From Nitrospirota bacterium (GTDB taxonomy: Bacteria; Nitrospirota; UBA9217), in contig CAWJQQ010000001.1 in NCBI GenBank assembly GCA_963845065.1, positions 1,216,001-1,280,000 of the forward strand: 64,000 bases of DNA, written 5' to 3'. Under the pieces are notes generated by a model. The model searched no databases and had not been told where the DNA came from. It saw only the letters and a program-made list of their open reading frames with translations. The position numbers and the translations under genes were made by a program. How positions within the stretch are numbered: the first letter of the stretch is position 1; the number at the start of each line of letters is the position of its first letter. Shown here in pieces: positions 26,677 through 36,636 of the stretch.

Positions 26677-29600
26677 ATGCAAAATTATATGAAATATATT
26701 ATCTGTTTCATGATCATGCTGTGCTTCATATCCGGATCAACGCTTGCACATGCTGATACCACGACGTTCCCGGCAGGTTCCTATATTATCCCCCAGGACT
26801 ACTGCTGGCAGCCCAACACAGATCCAAAGATGATGAAGCAGCCTGCGGGCTGCGATCCGAACAAAAACGACCAGGGTATTTTCCAGGCCACCGGCCTTAT
26901 CTACGATATCTTGCAGGCAGGTTACCCTGTTTACTGGATTATTAGCCCGACCAAAACGACACTGATGGGCGTGGACGTGACCATCACAAGATCCGGCACT
27001 GCGCCTGCCGTTACCATCCAGCACAGCCTCATGCCCAACTCCGGCTCAGCATCGACGGTCCAGTATATAGGGGGCCCTTTTGTCATAGATGCCAACACCG
27101 TTGATGCCAATATGCTGGCTCTTTTCAATAAGTATCAGAACGTAAAGATTCATCAATCAAATTATGACTTTTCTGCTCAAGTGGATAAGGTGCTGAGCGG
27201 TATACCGCCGACCGTTGCGGTCCTTGGCGAGGGTTCAACTCAGATTCTTACGAATTATCTCTTTGCGTCAGGGCTAGCGAACGATCTGTATAGCATATTT
27301 CAATACGTCTCTGATGATGATATCGCGGGCGCACCGTACAGTTCGACCTATCCTAATGGTGCTCTCAGCAACTATCAGCTTCTTTGGGCGCCACACTGGC
27401 AGATCGATACGGACGGCATACCCTTGGCGGAAGAGCATGCCGTTATCAATAATATTTATAATTTTCTGACTGCGGGCAATGCGGGGTTTTTTGAATGCGC
27501 ATCCATCCAAACCCTCGAACGGTCGTATGACGATGGCGGCACTAAATGTCCTGGTACTACTGCGCCTAGTGGCGGCAATCCCAATAAACAATATGTCTGT
27601 CCCAATGAGGATCTTACAGGTACTGGCACTACGCCAAACTATCTTACGGGGCAGGGGCTTCTTACCAGCCCTACATACACCGGCATCTATGGCAGAATCG
27701 AGGAAAACGGGGGCAGTTTTCCTACGACAACGACAGCAGCAACGAATCTTCCTCTGGTCTTTGAACATGTCACCGATCCCCTTGCGCAGTGCGGTGGATG
27801 GTACTACGTCCCTGTCACCGGCCTCACCGAGGACGTACGTGCCAGCCAGCTGTACACTCCGAATTACACCTTTAACTCGACCCTTGAGCGGTATATCCAC
27901 GATCCCGATAACCAGACGCAAGCCGGGTATGCTCCCCAGGGATTCAATTATTATCTTGGCGGCAGGGTAAACGGCAGCCCCACGCAAGGGTTTATCGCAT
28001 ATCTCGGCGGCCATCAATACGCCGCATGTTCAAACGCCACCACCGCGACCCCTGTTTCAAGGAGTTTTGAGTTAGATTTCAATATACCGGGCTTAGTCTC
28101 CAATACCGTCGCGACCGTAGAAGCAGTCTACTCAGGCTGCATAGCCGGAAGCACCTGCCCAAAGGCAAGCTTCAACCTGCTTTCCATGACTGGAACGTAC
28201 AGCACGGACGGGACGGTGTATGTAGACATGGATTCCGTTCAATACAGCACCCTCTTCGCCTCTGACGGGGTCACCGTCGTAGGGTATGCTCTCACCAATG
28301 TCATTATAGGAAACTACAACATAAACAATAGCCAGAACATCAACGCTATCAATGTGACCTTTGACGGCAATCCTTCCACGACGCTTCTTACCAATCTGTG
28401 GGACACCTCCGACATGGTGAGTCCTCCAGATACGAAAGTTTGTTCTCCAAGCGAACCGACCACTGCTTCCTGCAATCCTCTCCAGTTAAAAGATTTTAAC
28501 TTTAATTTCAGCGCCAGTCTCGTAACTGGCACCACGGTAACCGTTGTGGCCGTATACGGTTCATGTACTCTTGGGACGACTGGCAACTGTCCGAAAGCTT
28601 CCTATACTATCGGCACGGGAGGGACGATCGGAACAGATGGGACAGTACAGATTGATATGTCGAACGCCACCTTCGCCAGTAACACGCTCCAGGGCGTTGC
28701 GATCAGTAACCGGAGCACATCGGCCACTCAAACGCTCAGTTACTTCAATATTTATTTTCCCGGAAACGGAGGAACAAACCTTACTACGGTACAGAATGTG
28801 ACATCGACTCCGACAACAGTCTGTACGTCGAATTCGGCATCTCCGGCGTCTTGTCCTCCGCAACTAGCTCCTACTATGACCTCTTCAGACAACGTATTCT
28901 ATTTTAATAAGAGTTTAACATCAGGTACGATAACCGTTGAAGCAAAATACAGCGGATGTAGCCACTCGGGTGGAACCTGTCCAATTGCGACTTATAATTT
29001 TTCAACAGGCAGTGGGACATTAGTATCAGACGGCAATGTCCAGATAGATATGACTCACGCAACATATGGCACTGTTTCCGGGAGTAATGTTCTCAGCACT
29101 GTACAGCTTACCGATTTGACAACAAGCCCTATCACTATTTCTGCTTTCTATGTCAGTTGGACGCAGTCTGTTACCAATGAGGGTTTGAAACAGATCGATT
29201 CGCCTGCTAGCACCGTCCTCTGGAGTTACGGTTCAGGTAATGGTAATGCCACTGATGCTAAAACAAGCGTTTCTGAGACCCTTGTCGCAGAAAGTGCTAG
29301 TCCCACCCTGGGCATTTCGCTTGCGAAGGCTCCACAGCCCCTGACAGAGCCCCTCGGCCAGGCTGTTAGCCAATGCAATATCCAATGGAATAACACGAAT
29401 ACCTGCGGGATGAAGTACGTTTTGAATACCCTTATCGGCCTTCAGTTCCAGCTTATACCCTATGAGTATGACAAAGCAGGAAGTTCGCAGGAGAATAACA
29501 CTCTCTACAAGGCCGACTTTGAATATCCGGGATACAAGGGGCATGTCTATTCCATCAACGTGCTGGACGATCCGGCCGTTAGGAATTGGGACGCCGGTTC

Positions 29601-31473
29601 ATCGAATGTCATGCCTCCCGCAGGGTCCCAAAGCCCTGCGACGCCGTCTAACATCAATAGCTCGCGGTATATTTTTACGACGTTAACCGGCACCAACATC
29701 GTTAGCTTTGATATTACGAATGTCGGCGCGACAAATACGGATACGACCAAGCTCTGGCACTATCTTGATCCCGCAGACGTCATGGCCGTGCCACAGGTAG
29801 AGGCGCTGATCAACTCGGCCAGGGGACGGGCTAACGCTTCTGCGACTAATATTGTTGGGACAATAGACATGAGCAAGCGGCTAGGCGGCATCGAGCATTC
29901 CACACCGGCTGTAATGATTGATAGCCCGCTGGTTTCAGCAGTCAATGAGGGCGTTTCAGTGGATACGCATGGGAATAAAATCGGTTGCAGGGATCAAGTG
30001 GTCTTTGTAGGGGCTGATGACGGGATGCTGCACGCTTTTTACGCCGGGTCAGGTACCTTGAGTGGGGGAAAGTGCGGATATACTAATGGAACGGGCAAAG
30101 AAATATGGGCGTACATCCCGTCGGGGCTCTTATCGTCACTTCAAAACGAAACATTTACGAACTGCAGCTCTGCAGCGACCACAACGTGTCCGGTCTTTAC
30201 AGTCGCAGTTTCCGTGGATGGCTCGCCGGCACTGGGTGATTTCTTCGTCTCTCCGGACGGCAAGTCGACTACCCAAAAGCAGTGGAGGACAATTCTCACG
30301 GGGACAGCCAAGATCATGACGCCAGGAAGCACCAATCAAGCCGTGAACCAGGGCATCGTCTTCGCTCTGGATGTGTCCAATCCATACAATCCGGAGGTGT
30401 TGTGGGAGAAGAGCTATCAAAATATAATCAGCGCTTCGACTAACACCGCCATTGTAAATTACTATCCATCGGGCGCGTTCCCATCAAGTTATATTAATAC
30501 GGAGCAAACTGTTACATTCGATCCGAACATGGGAAACGCTCAGAGCACGTCGATCGGGCGAGTGCAGGTCGGTACAACGCTTGACACCTATGTGTTTCTT
30601 ACATCACAATGGGTCCGACAGGTGGATGTTGGCACGCCGAGCGCGCCCGACCCGGTCTGGGGAATGAGCGTGTACGCTCTGGACTTTTTCTCAGGCAACC
30701 TGGTGTGGGAAACGAAAATACTGTATAATGGAACTCCTGCGGCGCCAGCCCAAGGAGTCAATGACACGCCCGCGGTACCGGCATTAATGGATTATTCCAA
30801 TTCTGGAACGTTTAATTATGTAATTGTCGGAGATATGCAGGGGAGGCTCTGGGTACTAAATGCTCTAAACGGCAAGGACTTTACAGTAAGTGGAGGGCCT
30901 GCTTTTGACGTGGGAGCCGGAGCACAGGAACCGATCGGTGTTGCGGCGGCTCTTTACGGGCATGACATCATATTCGGTACGGGTGGCAGGGACAGCCTGC
31001 AGGGAGAAAGCACTTACAACTATCACCTCTTCGCTATCAGCATTGATGACCAGGGAAATGTCACAGATCTTTGGAATCCTCCTTTTGCCCTGAATCCCGG
31101 AGAGAAGGTATGGAGTTCTCCGGTGATTGACGCGAACGGAGATGTCTATGTCGGCACCGCCAGCGGATTTACTGATGTGGGCGCCCCCAATACGGTAGTA
31201 TCAGGCAGCACAGGAAGGTTCCTGGTTCTGAGTTTAACAAATAGTAATGGGCAGTCCGCTGGTCAGCTGCTTAAGAATAGTTCGGGGCAAACCATCGCTC
31301 CGGTTAATCTGACTAGTGCCGTGTTGGGCAATCTTTCAGTAGCAAACGGTCACGTAACCCTGCAGCTCTTTAATGGAACAGTCATGCAAATGGGAGCGAG
31401 CGGTAGTTCGAGCTTTAACGTAAATCCAGAGCCGCAAAACCCAGTGAAGACGCTTTGGTGGAGGAAATTGTAG
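26677..31473 (+). CDS. pilY1: PilY1/PilC-family pilus tip adhesin (~1598 aa)
   Basis: Signal peptide from ATG 26677 (GGAGG RBS). C-terminal beta-propeller motifs LGGIEHSTP, VFVGADDGMLHAF, GKEIWAYIP, VDGSP, WRTIL, FALDVSNP, VGDMQGRLW, FGTG. Follows pilX. Confidence 0.88.
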   Translation: MQNYMKYIICFMIMLCFISGSTLAHADTTTFPAGSYIIPQDYCWQPNTDPKMMKQPAGCDPNKNDQGIFQATGLIYDILQAGYPVYWIISPTKTTLMGVDVTITRSGTAPAVTIQHSLMPNSGSASTVQYIGGPFVIDANTVDANMLALFNKYQNVKIHQSNYDFSAQVDKVLSGIPPTVAVLGEGSTQILTNYLFASGLANDLYSIFQYVSDDDIAGAPYSSTYPNGALSNYQLLWAPHWQIDTDGIPLAEEHAVINNIYNFLTAGNAGFFECASIQTLERSYDDGGTKCPGTTAPSGGNPNKQYVCPNEDLTGTGTTPNYLTGQGLLTSPTYTGIYGRIEENGGSFPTTTTAATNLPLVFEHVTDPLAQCGGWYYVPVTGLTEDVRASQLYTPNYTFNSTLERYIHDPDNQTQAGYAPQGFNYYLGGRVNGSPTQGFIAYLGGHQYAACSNATTATPVSRSFELDFNIPGLVSNTVATVEAVYSGCIAGSTCPKASFNLLSMTGTYSTDGTVYVDMDSVQYSTLFASDGVTVVGYALTNVIIGNYNINNSQNINAINVTFDGNPSTTLLTNLWDTSDMVSPPDTKVCSPSEPTTASCNPLQLKDFNFNFSASLVTGTTVTVVAVYGSCTLGTTGNCPKASYTIGTGGTIGTDGTVQIDMSNATFASNTLQGVAISNRSTSATQTLSYFNIYFPGNGGTNLTTVQNVTSTPTTVCTSNSASPASCPPQLAPTMTSSDNVFYFNKSLTSGTITVEAKYSGCSHSGGTCPIATYNFSTGSGTLVSDGNVQIDMTHATYGTVSGSNVLSTVQLTDLTTSPITISAFYVSWTQSVTNEGLKQIDSPASTVLWSYGSGNGNATDAKTSVSETLVAESASPTLGISLAKAPQPLTEPLGQAVSQCNIQWNNTNTCGMKYVLNTLIGLQFQLIPYEYDKAGSSQENNTLYKADFEYPGYKGHVYSINVLDDPAVRNWDAGSSNVMPPAGSQSPATPSNINSSRYIFTTLTGTNIVSFDITNVGATNTDTTKLWHYLDPADVMAVPQVEALINSARGRANASATNIVGTIDMSKRLGGIEHSTPAVMIDSPLVSAVNEGVSVDTHGNKIGCRDQVVFVGADDGMLHAFYAGSGTLSGGKCGYTNGTGKEIWAYIPSGLLSSLQNETFTNCSSAATTTCPVFTVAVSVDGSPALGDFFVSPDGKSTTQKQWRTILTGTAKIMTPGSTNQAVNQGIVFALDVSNPYNPEVLWEKSYQNIISASTNTAIVNYYPSGAFPSSYINTEQTVTFDPNMGNAQSTSIGRVQVGTTLDTYVFLTSQWVRQVDVGTPSAPDPVWGMSVYALDFFSGNLVWETKILYNGTPAAPAQGVNDTPAVPALMDYSNSGTFNYVIVGDMQGRLWVLNALNGKDFTVSGGPAFDVGAGAQEPIGVAAALYGHDIIFGTGGRDSLQGESTYNYHLFAISIDDQGNVTDLWNPPFALNPGEKVWSSPVIDANGDVYVGTASGFTDVGAPNTVVSGSTGRFLVLSLTNSNGQSAGQLLKNSSGQTIAPVNLTSAVLGNLSVANGHVTLQLFNGTVMQMGASGSSSFNVNPEPQNPVKTLWWRKL
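28057..29290 (+). repeat. Three tandem ~130-140 aa Cys-containing repeats inside PilY1
   Basis: TVEAVYSGC…TCPKASF…DGTVYVDM / TVVAVYGSC…NCPKASY…DGTVQIDM / TVEAKYSGC…TCPIATY…DGNVQIDM. Boundaries approximate. Confidence 0.8.
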
Positions 31474-31475
31474 TT

Positions 31476-32159
31476 ATGGCAAGAAACCCGGTTGATGCAG
31501 GTTTTACAATGCTGGAGCTGGTTGTCGTTATCGGGATAATAGCCGTTCTCATCGCAATCGCATTTCCGATATTAAAACCACTCTTATCGGGCGATACAGT
31601 GCAGCAAGCGGCTAAACAACTGGAAGCGGACCTCAAATCAGCGCAGACTGCTGCGATCCAGGCGGGTGGGGGTGATATGCAGAACGGCGTGCTGGTGCGG
31701 AAAAGCGTCTTTGTAGTTTTCAGCAGTACCACCTCATACCAAACCTACACATATGAGGACTTAAACGGAAATGGAATAAGGGAAACAGGTGAGGCTACAG
31801 CGGTTGGCAACAGCCCCACGGTGTTACCAAATTCCGTGACGTTCGGCGTAGCGCCAGGTGTAACGGCGAACGCATGCTGGAATACAGGTGCCGCAGCGAC
31901 TCTGACACAAGGAACTACCTTTGGAGTCAATGGCGGACCGCCCGGCGGTACTGTTCCGCCAGGCTGCGGTACGTCGCCATGTGTGGAATTAGATTCAAAT
32001 GGGTTCCCTGTGCCTGATGCTCTTATCACTGCTCAGCTCGGTGGAACAGCATATATGACGAACGGCAGTGATACGTTTGCCGTCAATATGAATGCCGCTG
32101 GCCTACTTACTGTATGCAAATGGCCACAAGGAGCTGGTGGATGGGTGATCGTTCGTTAA
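31476..32159 (+). CDS. FimT/FimU (GspH-like) prepilin
   Basis: AG|FTMLELVVV, QAAKQLEADLKSAQTAA. ATG 31476 follows GGAGG, 2 nt after the pilY1 stop. Confidence 0.8.
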   Translation: MARNPVDAGFTMLELVVVIGIIAVLIAIAFPILKPLLSGDTVQQAAKQLEADLKSAQTAAIQAGGGDMQNGVLVRKSVFVVFSSTTSYQTYTYEDLNGNGIRETGEATAVGNSPTVLPNSVTFGVAPGVTANACWNTGAAATLTQGTTFGVNGGPPGGTVPPGCGTSPCVELDSNGFPVPDALITAQLGGTAYMTNGSDTFAVNMNAAGLLTVCKWPQGAGGWVIVR

Positions 32160-32875
32160 CACTCTTTTTGGTTACCGTTTGTGTCTGTGTTTTTTTTAGC
32201 GCTTGTGAAAATTCCAACAAAGCCGTGAGGACTCCAGCTCCAAAGCCGGTGTCGTCGCAGGTGGCATCATCGCACGACGTTGAAGGCAAGGCAAGTGAGG
32301 CAGTAAAACCACCAAGGATTGTAAGTCTGAAGTTACTGCCGGTCTCACCACGAAAGGGAGACGAACTCCATGTAGAAGTTGAAGCCGAAAGAAACAGCGA
32401 TGCCCCTGTTACTTTTAGCTATCAATGGAGTGTAAATGGGGATATTTTAAATACGGAAGATGGACCGAACCTGAAAATGCCTTTCGTGAAAGGCGATAAA
32501 GTTGTCGTAACTATAACCCCGGAGGAAGCAGGGGTTCAGGGAGTGCCATTAATTCAGACAACGATAATAGGTAACTCGCCACCAGTCGTGAGCCCCGCGC
32601 TCACTGATGCAACCATCGCGGGTAATCATTATTCCGGCAAGATCCAAGCCCAAGACCCGGACGGAGATCCGCTTACCTATACGCTTTTAGAAGGGCCAAA
32701 AGGAATGACAGTAAATCAAAAGACAGGTGTGATAACGTGGGATTTCCAACCTGAAGATGCGGGCATGCACACCTTATCAATATCTGTCAAAGACAATGAT
32801 AATGCGGAAGTGATCATGTCGTTGCCTCTTAAACTCGAATTCGGCAGTAAAGCGAATGAAAGCGAGAAACAATGA
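32141..32875 (+). CDS. Lipoprotein with Ig-/cadherin-like domains
   Basis: Lipobox FSA|C after a hydrophobic stretch (ATG 32141, AGGAG RBS); FSYQWSVNG; NSPP…AQDPDGDPLTYTLLEGPKGMTV…TGVITW. Confidence 0.75.
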   Translation: MGDRSLTLFLVTVCVCVFFSACENSNKAVRTPAPKPVSSQVASSHDVEGKASEAVKPPRIVSLKLLPVSPRKGDELHVEVEAERNSDAPVTFSYQWSVNGDILNTEDGPNLKMPFVKGDKVVVTITPEEAGVQGVPLIQTTIIGNSPPVVSPALTDATIAGNHYSGKIQAQDPDGDPLTYTLLEGPKGMTVNQKTGVITWDFQPEDAGMHTLSISVKDNDNAEVIMSLPLKLEFGSKANESEKQ

Positions 32876-33612
32876 GCGAAATGGCAGGAACCAGACAAAG
32901 GTTCTCTTTGAATAGACAGGTGATTTATTTTGTTATTTGCATGTTGGGCCTGATCAGTATTGTTAACTTTTGCTGGATAGCCAGCTCATGTGCAGCTATA
33001 GAAGATGACGACGATAAAACAGATTTTGGACTATTTATGCCTGCGAAGGTGGCCGTAGAGACCACTATTGCAGACGCTTTGAAAAATCAAACTACCCTCG
33101 GGATGACTAGATGGACCGTGAGTGACGAGGAACTTTGGTGCATAGTTACAGATGGCAGTAGATTTTTTAGTGGCCGCTGGCTGCCGAGCAGACATCTTCG
33201 TTTTTATAAAAAGGTAGGGGATAAATTAATTCTCGAATATGAGTATGAAACGATGGATCGGTTTTCATCATTTTACTCAATGGAGGAAACTGGCGGACGG
33301 CTATTAACAGTTTGGGATGGCGGCAACAGACATCATTTCGTCATTTTTGCAGTTGTCGGAAAAACGCTGAAAGTCGTCCTCATGACGGGATCGAAAGCAC
33401 TTCCTGAAATCGTCTATCTAGATAATGACGGTACGGCAGAGATTTTAATCTGGGGCCGGAGCTATGAGGTTGTTGATAATGCGGAAAACAATATTCGAAG
33501 CGTCAAGTGGCAGGTAGCATCTATATATAAATGGAATGATAATAGGTATGTATTGGTAAAAACAGTGCCTTGGCTAAGCAGATTGAATGCATTGCAAAAG
33601 CCATCACAGTAG
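32872..33612 (+). CDS. Hypothetical exported/membrane-anchored protein
   Basis: 246-aa ORF with ATGA overlap to the upstream gene, N-terminal hydrophobic segment, and a YLDNDGTAEI FG-GAP-like motif. Confidence 0.6.
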   Translation: MSEMAGTRQRFSLNRQVIYFVICMLGLISIVNFCWIASSCAAIEDDDDKTDFGLFMPAKVAVETTIADALKNQTTLGMTRWTVSDEELWCIVTDGSRFFSGRWLPSRHLRFYKKVGDKLILEYEYETMDRFSSFYSMEETGGRLLTVWDGGNRHHFVIFAVVGKTLKVVLMTGSKALPEIVYLDNDGTAEILIWGRSYEVVDNAENNIRSVKWQVASIYKWNDNRYVLVKTVPWLSRLNALQKPSQ

Positions 33613-34041
33613 TTCAGTAAGAAAGCCATTCGAGTGCTGAAAATACCAGACTTTATATTGATCCTATGACGGTATGAACTTGTGATTCATCGCGCTTGCT
33701 TATGGTGTTTATAAAAGCTCCCCTCTAATATGTATTTATGGCTTGAGCATGATTTCCTCTTTATCTTCATTATGCACGTAAACTACTTGTCTTCTCCAAA
33801 CTATCCCTTTGTTTTTACCCCGATACTTGTTCACTACTACTTATAATATTATCCAAAACTAAGCGGAAACCACGGTCGTTTGCCCGTTGTATCTGCTACC
33901 CGCTTGTTTCCCTCCACTTTTCAGAATAGTGTTCGGAGGGGGTGCTGCTCTTAAATCCAAGTGCCACGGACATTAGCACGCGGATACCGAGCAATTTTCA
34001 ATAGCATTTACTTCCCTGCCCATGGCATGCTATTATAGGTT

Positions 34042-35892
34042 ATGAGGTTTTCAACTTCTTCGATCCCTTACCCAGACAATGCGATGAAGAGACCGTTTAT
34101 TGACTTACTAAAAATGTATTTATTTCTCATTGCCCTGGTCGCCATTTCATCTCCAGTCTTCGGTGCTGATATCAATCTTTCTTTGCAGCAACATAGCGAA
34201 GGCAACCGTGTAACCGTTACAATTCAGAATAACTCAACGTCGGCAGCAGAGGTATTGGCTATCGAGATTCAGCTTGATGACCATAAGTACATAGCCCCAG
34301 GTTTCCCCATCTCGATCAGCCCCCATTCCGAGAAAAATATAGCCTTTACCATTGAGTTTCCGAAACTTCCCGGATCTTATCCCGTGATCGTTACGCTTAG
34401 ATATCTAAACGACGGGACGAAGTTATCACTGCACGATGTTGGCTTATTTCATTTCCAGCAACATGCTCTCTTACCAGAATCTTGCGTTGCTGAGAATGCT
34501 AACGTCTCTCAAGAAGGGGAGATTGTCATTCGATCGTCGAGTCCCGCGATTTGGAAACTAGTGCTACCCGATGAAGTGCCAAGCATCGCAGAATCTGTGC
34601 AGCAAGACCGCAAAATATTTCGAGTTAAGAACCAGCTGAGTGGATTTAATAATAACTACCCTTACTTCGCAATTGCCGGCCAGTCAATAAAAGGAATCCA
34701 TTATGCCTCTTTCTGCAGGGGTGCTCTGCGGATAGGAACAGGCAAGCCGGCTGATGAATCGGGGAACGGAAGAATATCGGAATTGGTCCTCCTGCTAGCA
34801 GGACTTGTTTTTCTTATTACATTCATCTCAACCAATAAACAAGCAAACGCGGAGGGAAGGTTTGTTACAGCACTCAATAAATATGCCAGCAGGCTGTTCC
34901 TGATTGCGGTATGCTATCTCCTATTGAAGACCATCGACGGCTGGCTGGCGCAGGCGTTAATCCATCAGGATGGAGGGATGCTGTCTGCGATTGTTGCACA
35001 GTACCGTGCATACAAAAGGAACAACTTTAGTTACTTTTTTTATTATTTCGTCGATATTTATAGTATCGCTAACTTGCTTTTGGTTTTTCCTTATCTATAT
35101 TTCTTCGATCATGAGAGAAGTGCAGAACACGACAAGTATTCGAACCTGGTCAAAAGCATCGTTTCGCTCGCCAGGCCATTGACCGGACGCCTTTACTGGA
35201 ATAAAATCTCCAGATTGGGGATGCTCACGGTATTCGTGAAATTATTTTACATCCCCCTCCTGGTGACGTGGGTTATTAATAATGCGTTGTACCAGGTCCA
35301 TCTTACACGCATCTTTCATTGGGACCTCATTGCAGTCAACGCATATCTGGTTGCACTGTTTATCTATATAGATACGGCGATTTACTGTTTCGGCTATCTC
35401 CTTGAATTCAATTTCCTGAAAAATACGATTAAGTCTGTTGAGCCGACAGTGCTCGGCTGGGTTGTTTGTCTTTGGTGTTATCCACCCTTTAATAATTTTT
35501 CATTCAGAATATTCGATTTTGACCTGATTCCTATAGCGCGCAGTTATCCAACGTGGGTCAATGCCGTCATGCTGTGTTTTATTACGATCTTGTGGGGGGT
35601 ATTCGCATGGGCGTCCTTGTCACTGGGATGGAAAGCTTCTAACCTCACAAATAGGGGCATTGTTCAGCACGGACCCTATCGCTTCGTGCGGCACCCTGCC
35701 TATGCTGCTAAACTGTTTGTATGGTATATTCAGGCAGTTATTTTCGGTCAATACTTTATCGGAATATTATTTGGATTCACCTTGATCTATATATTGAGAG
35801 CGTGGACCGAGGAAAGACATCTGTCGAACGACCCTGATTATTTAGCGTATAAGAAAGCCGTGAAATGGTTTTTTATTCCCGGCCTTATCTAA
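34042..35892 (+). CDS. Membrane protein: extracytoplasmic N-terminal domain fused to an isoprenylcysteine carboxyl methyltransferase (ICMT/PEMT)-like domain
   Basis: Signal-like segment, beta-rich region, multiple TMs, then SNLTNRGIVQHGPYRFVRHPAY…RAWTEERHL…YLAYKKAV…FIPG. Confidence 0.75.
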   Translation: MRFSTSSIPYPDNAMKRPFIDLLKMYLFLIALVAISSPVFGADINLSLQQHSEGNRVTVTIQNNSTSAAEVLAIEIQLDDHKYIAPGFPISISPHSEKNIAFTIEFPKLPGSYPVIVTLRYLNDGTKLSLHDVGLFHFQQHALLPESCVAENANVSQEGEIVIRSSSPAIWKLVLPDEVPSIAESVQQDRKIFRVKNQLSGFNNNYPYFAIAGQSIKGIHYASFCRGALRIGTGKPADESGNGRISELVLLLAGLVFLITFISTNKQANAEGRFVTALNKYASRLFLIAVCYLLLKTIDGWLAQALIHQDGGMLSAIVAQYRAYKRNNFSYFFYYFVDIYSIANLLLVFPYLYFFDHERSAEHDKYSNLVKSIVSLARPLTGRLYWNKISRLGMLTVFVKLFYIPLLVTWVINNALYQVHLTRIFHWDLIAVNAYLVALFIYIDTAIYCFGYLLEFNFLKNTIKSVEPTVLGWVVCLWCYPPFNNFSFRIFDFDLIPIARSYPTWVNAVMLCFITILWGVFAWASLSLGWKASNLTNRGIVQHGPYRFVRHPAYAAKLFVWYIQAVIFGQYFIGILFGFTLIYILRAWTEERHLSNDPDYLAYKKAVKWFFIPGLI

Positions 35893-35922
35893 TATTGGCT
35901 GGTCAGCCCAATACGGGAGAAT

Positions 35923-36636
35923 ATGGACATGCTTCTTGAAGGATTCGCAAAAGCCTTTTCCCTTATCTTGCATCTTGATGCTGACCTGATTAGCATTATC
36001 TTGTTGTCCTTGAAAATATCTTGTCTCGCACTTTGCATCGCAGCCGTAGTGGGTATCCCAATTGGTGCGGTCCTCGGCTTGAAACGGTTGCCTGCACAAG
36101 GCGCCCTCATAAGTCTTTTGAACACGTTCATGGGGCTTCCCCCCGTGGTTGTCGGACTGTTTCTCTATCTCCTGCTTTCGCGAAGCGGTCCTTTCGGCAT
36201 TCTCGGCCTGCTTTATACACCTACAGCCATGGTCATTGCCCAGATCATCCTTGCGCTTCCCATTATCGCAGCGCTTTCGCATTCGGCAATTATTAGTATC
36301 GACCCGATCATTCGCCAGGCGGCCATGACGCTGGGCGCATCTTCCTGGCAAATTACTTGGACCGTAATTAAGGAAGCGAGGTACGGGATTCTGTCCGGTG
36401 TTGTTGCAGCGTTAGGAAGGGTGATGGCGGAAGTAGGGGCGATTCTGATCGTTGGCGGGAACATAGCTGGACTCACGCGGGTGATGACAACAGCAATCGC
36501 GCTCGAGACCGATAAAGGAAATTTTGAACTTGCGCTTGCACTCGGCATCATTCTTCTGACCCTGTCGTTGCTCATAAATTCATTGCTCCATGTAATTCAG
36601 AGAAAGGGGCTATTGCAGATGGAACCATGGGTCTGA
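35923..36636 (+). CDS. tupB: Tungstate ABC transporter permease
   Basis: NTFMGLPPVVVGL, LLSRSGPFG, AEVGA…VGGNI…TRVMTTAIALETDKG. Confidence 0.88.
   Translation: MDMLLEGFAKAFSLILHLDADLISIILLSLKISCLALCIAAVVGIPIGAVLGLKRLPAQGALISLLNTFMGLPPVVVGLFLYLLLSRSGPFGILGLLYTPTAMVIAQIILALPIIAALSHSAIISIDPIIRQAAMTLGASSWQITWTVIKEARYGILSGVVAALGRVMAEVGAILIVGGNIAGLTRVMTTAIALETDKGNFELALALGIILLTLSLLINSLLHVIQRKGLLQMEPWV

Noticed and set aside
33860..33941. Two hairpins (AAGCGG/CCGCTT and CCCTCC/GGAGGG) and a reverse-strand GGGCAAAC suggesting a c-di-GMP-I riboswitch
   Set aside because: The GAAA tetraloop and downstream GCAAAG elements of that riboswitch are absent, and the hairpins are short and could be chance or terminators.
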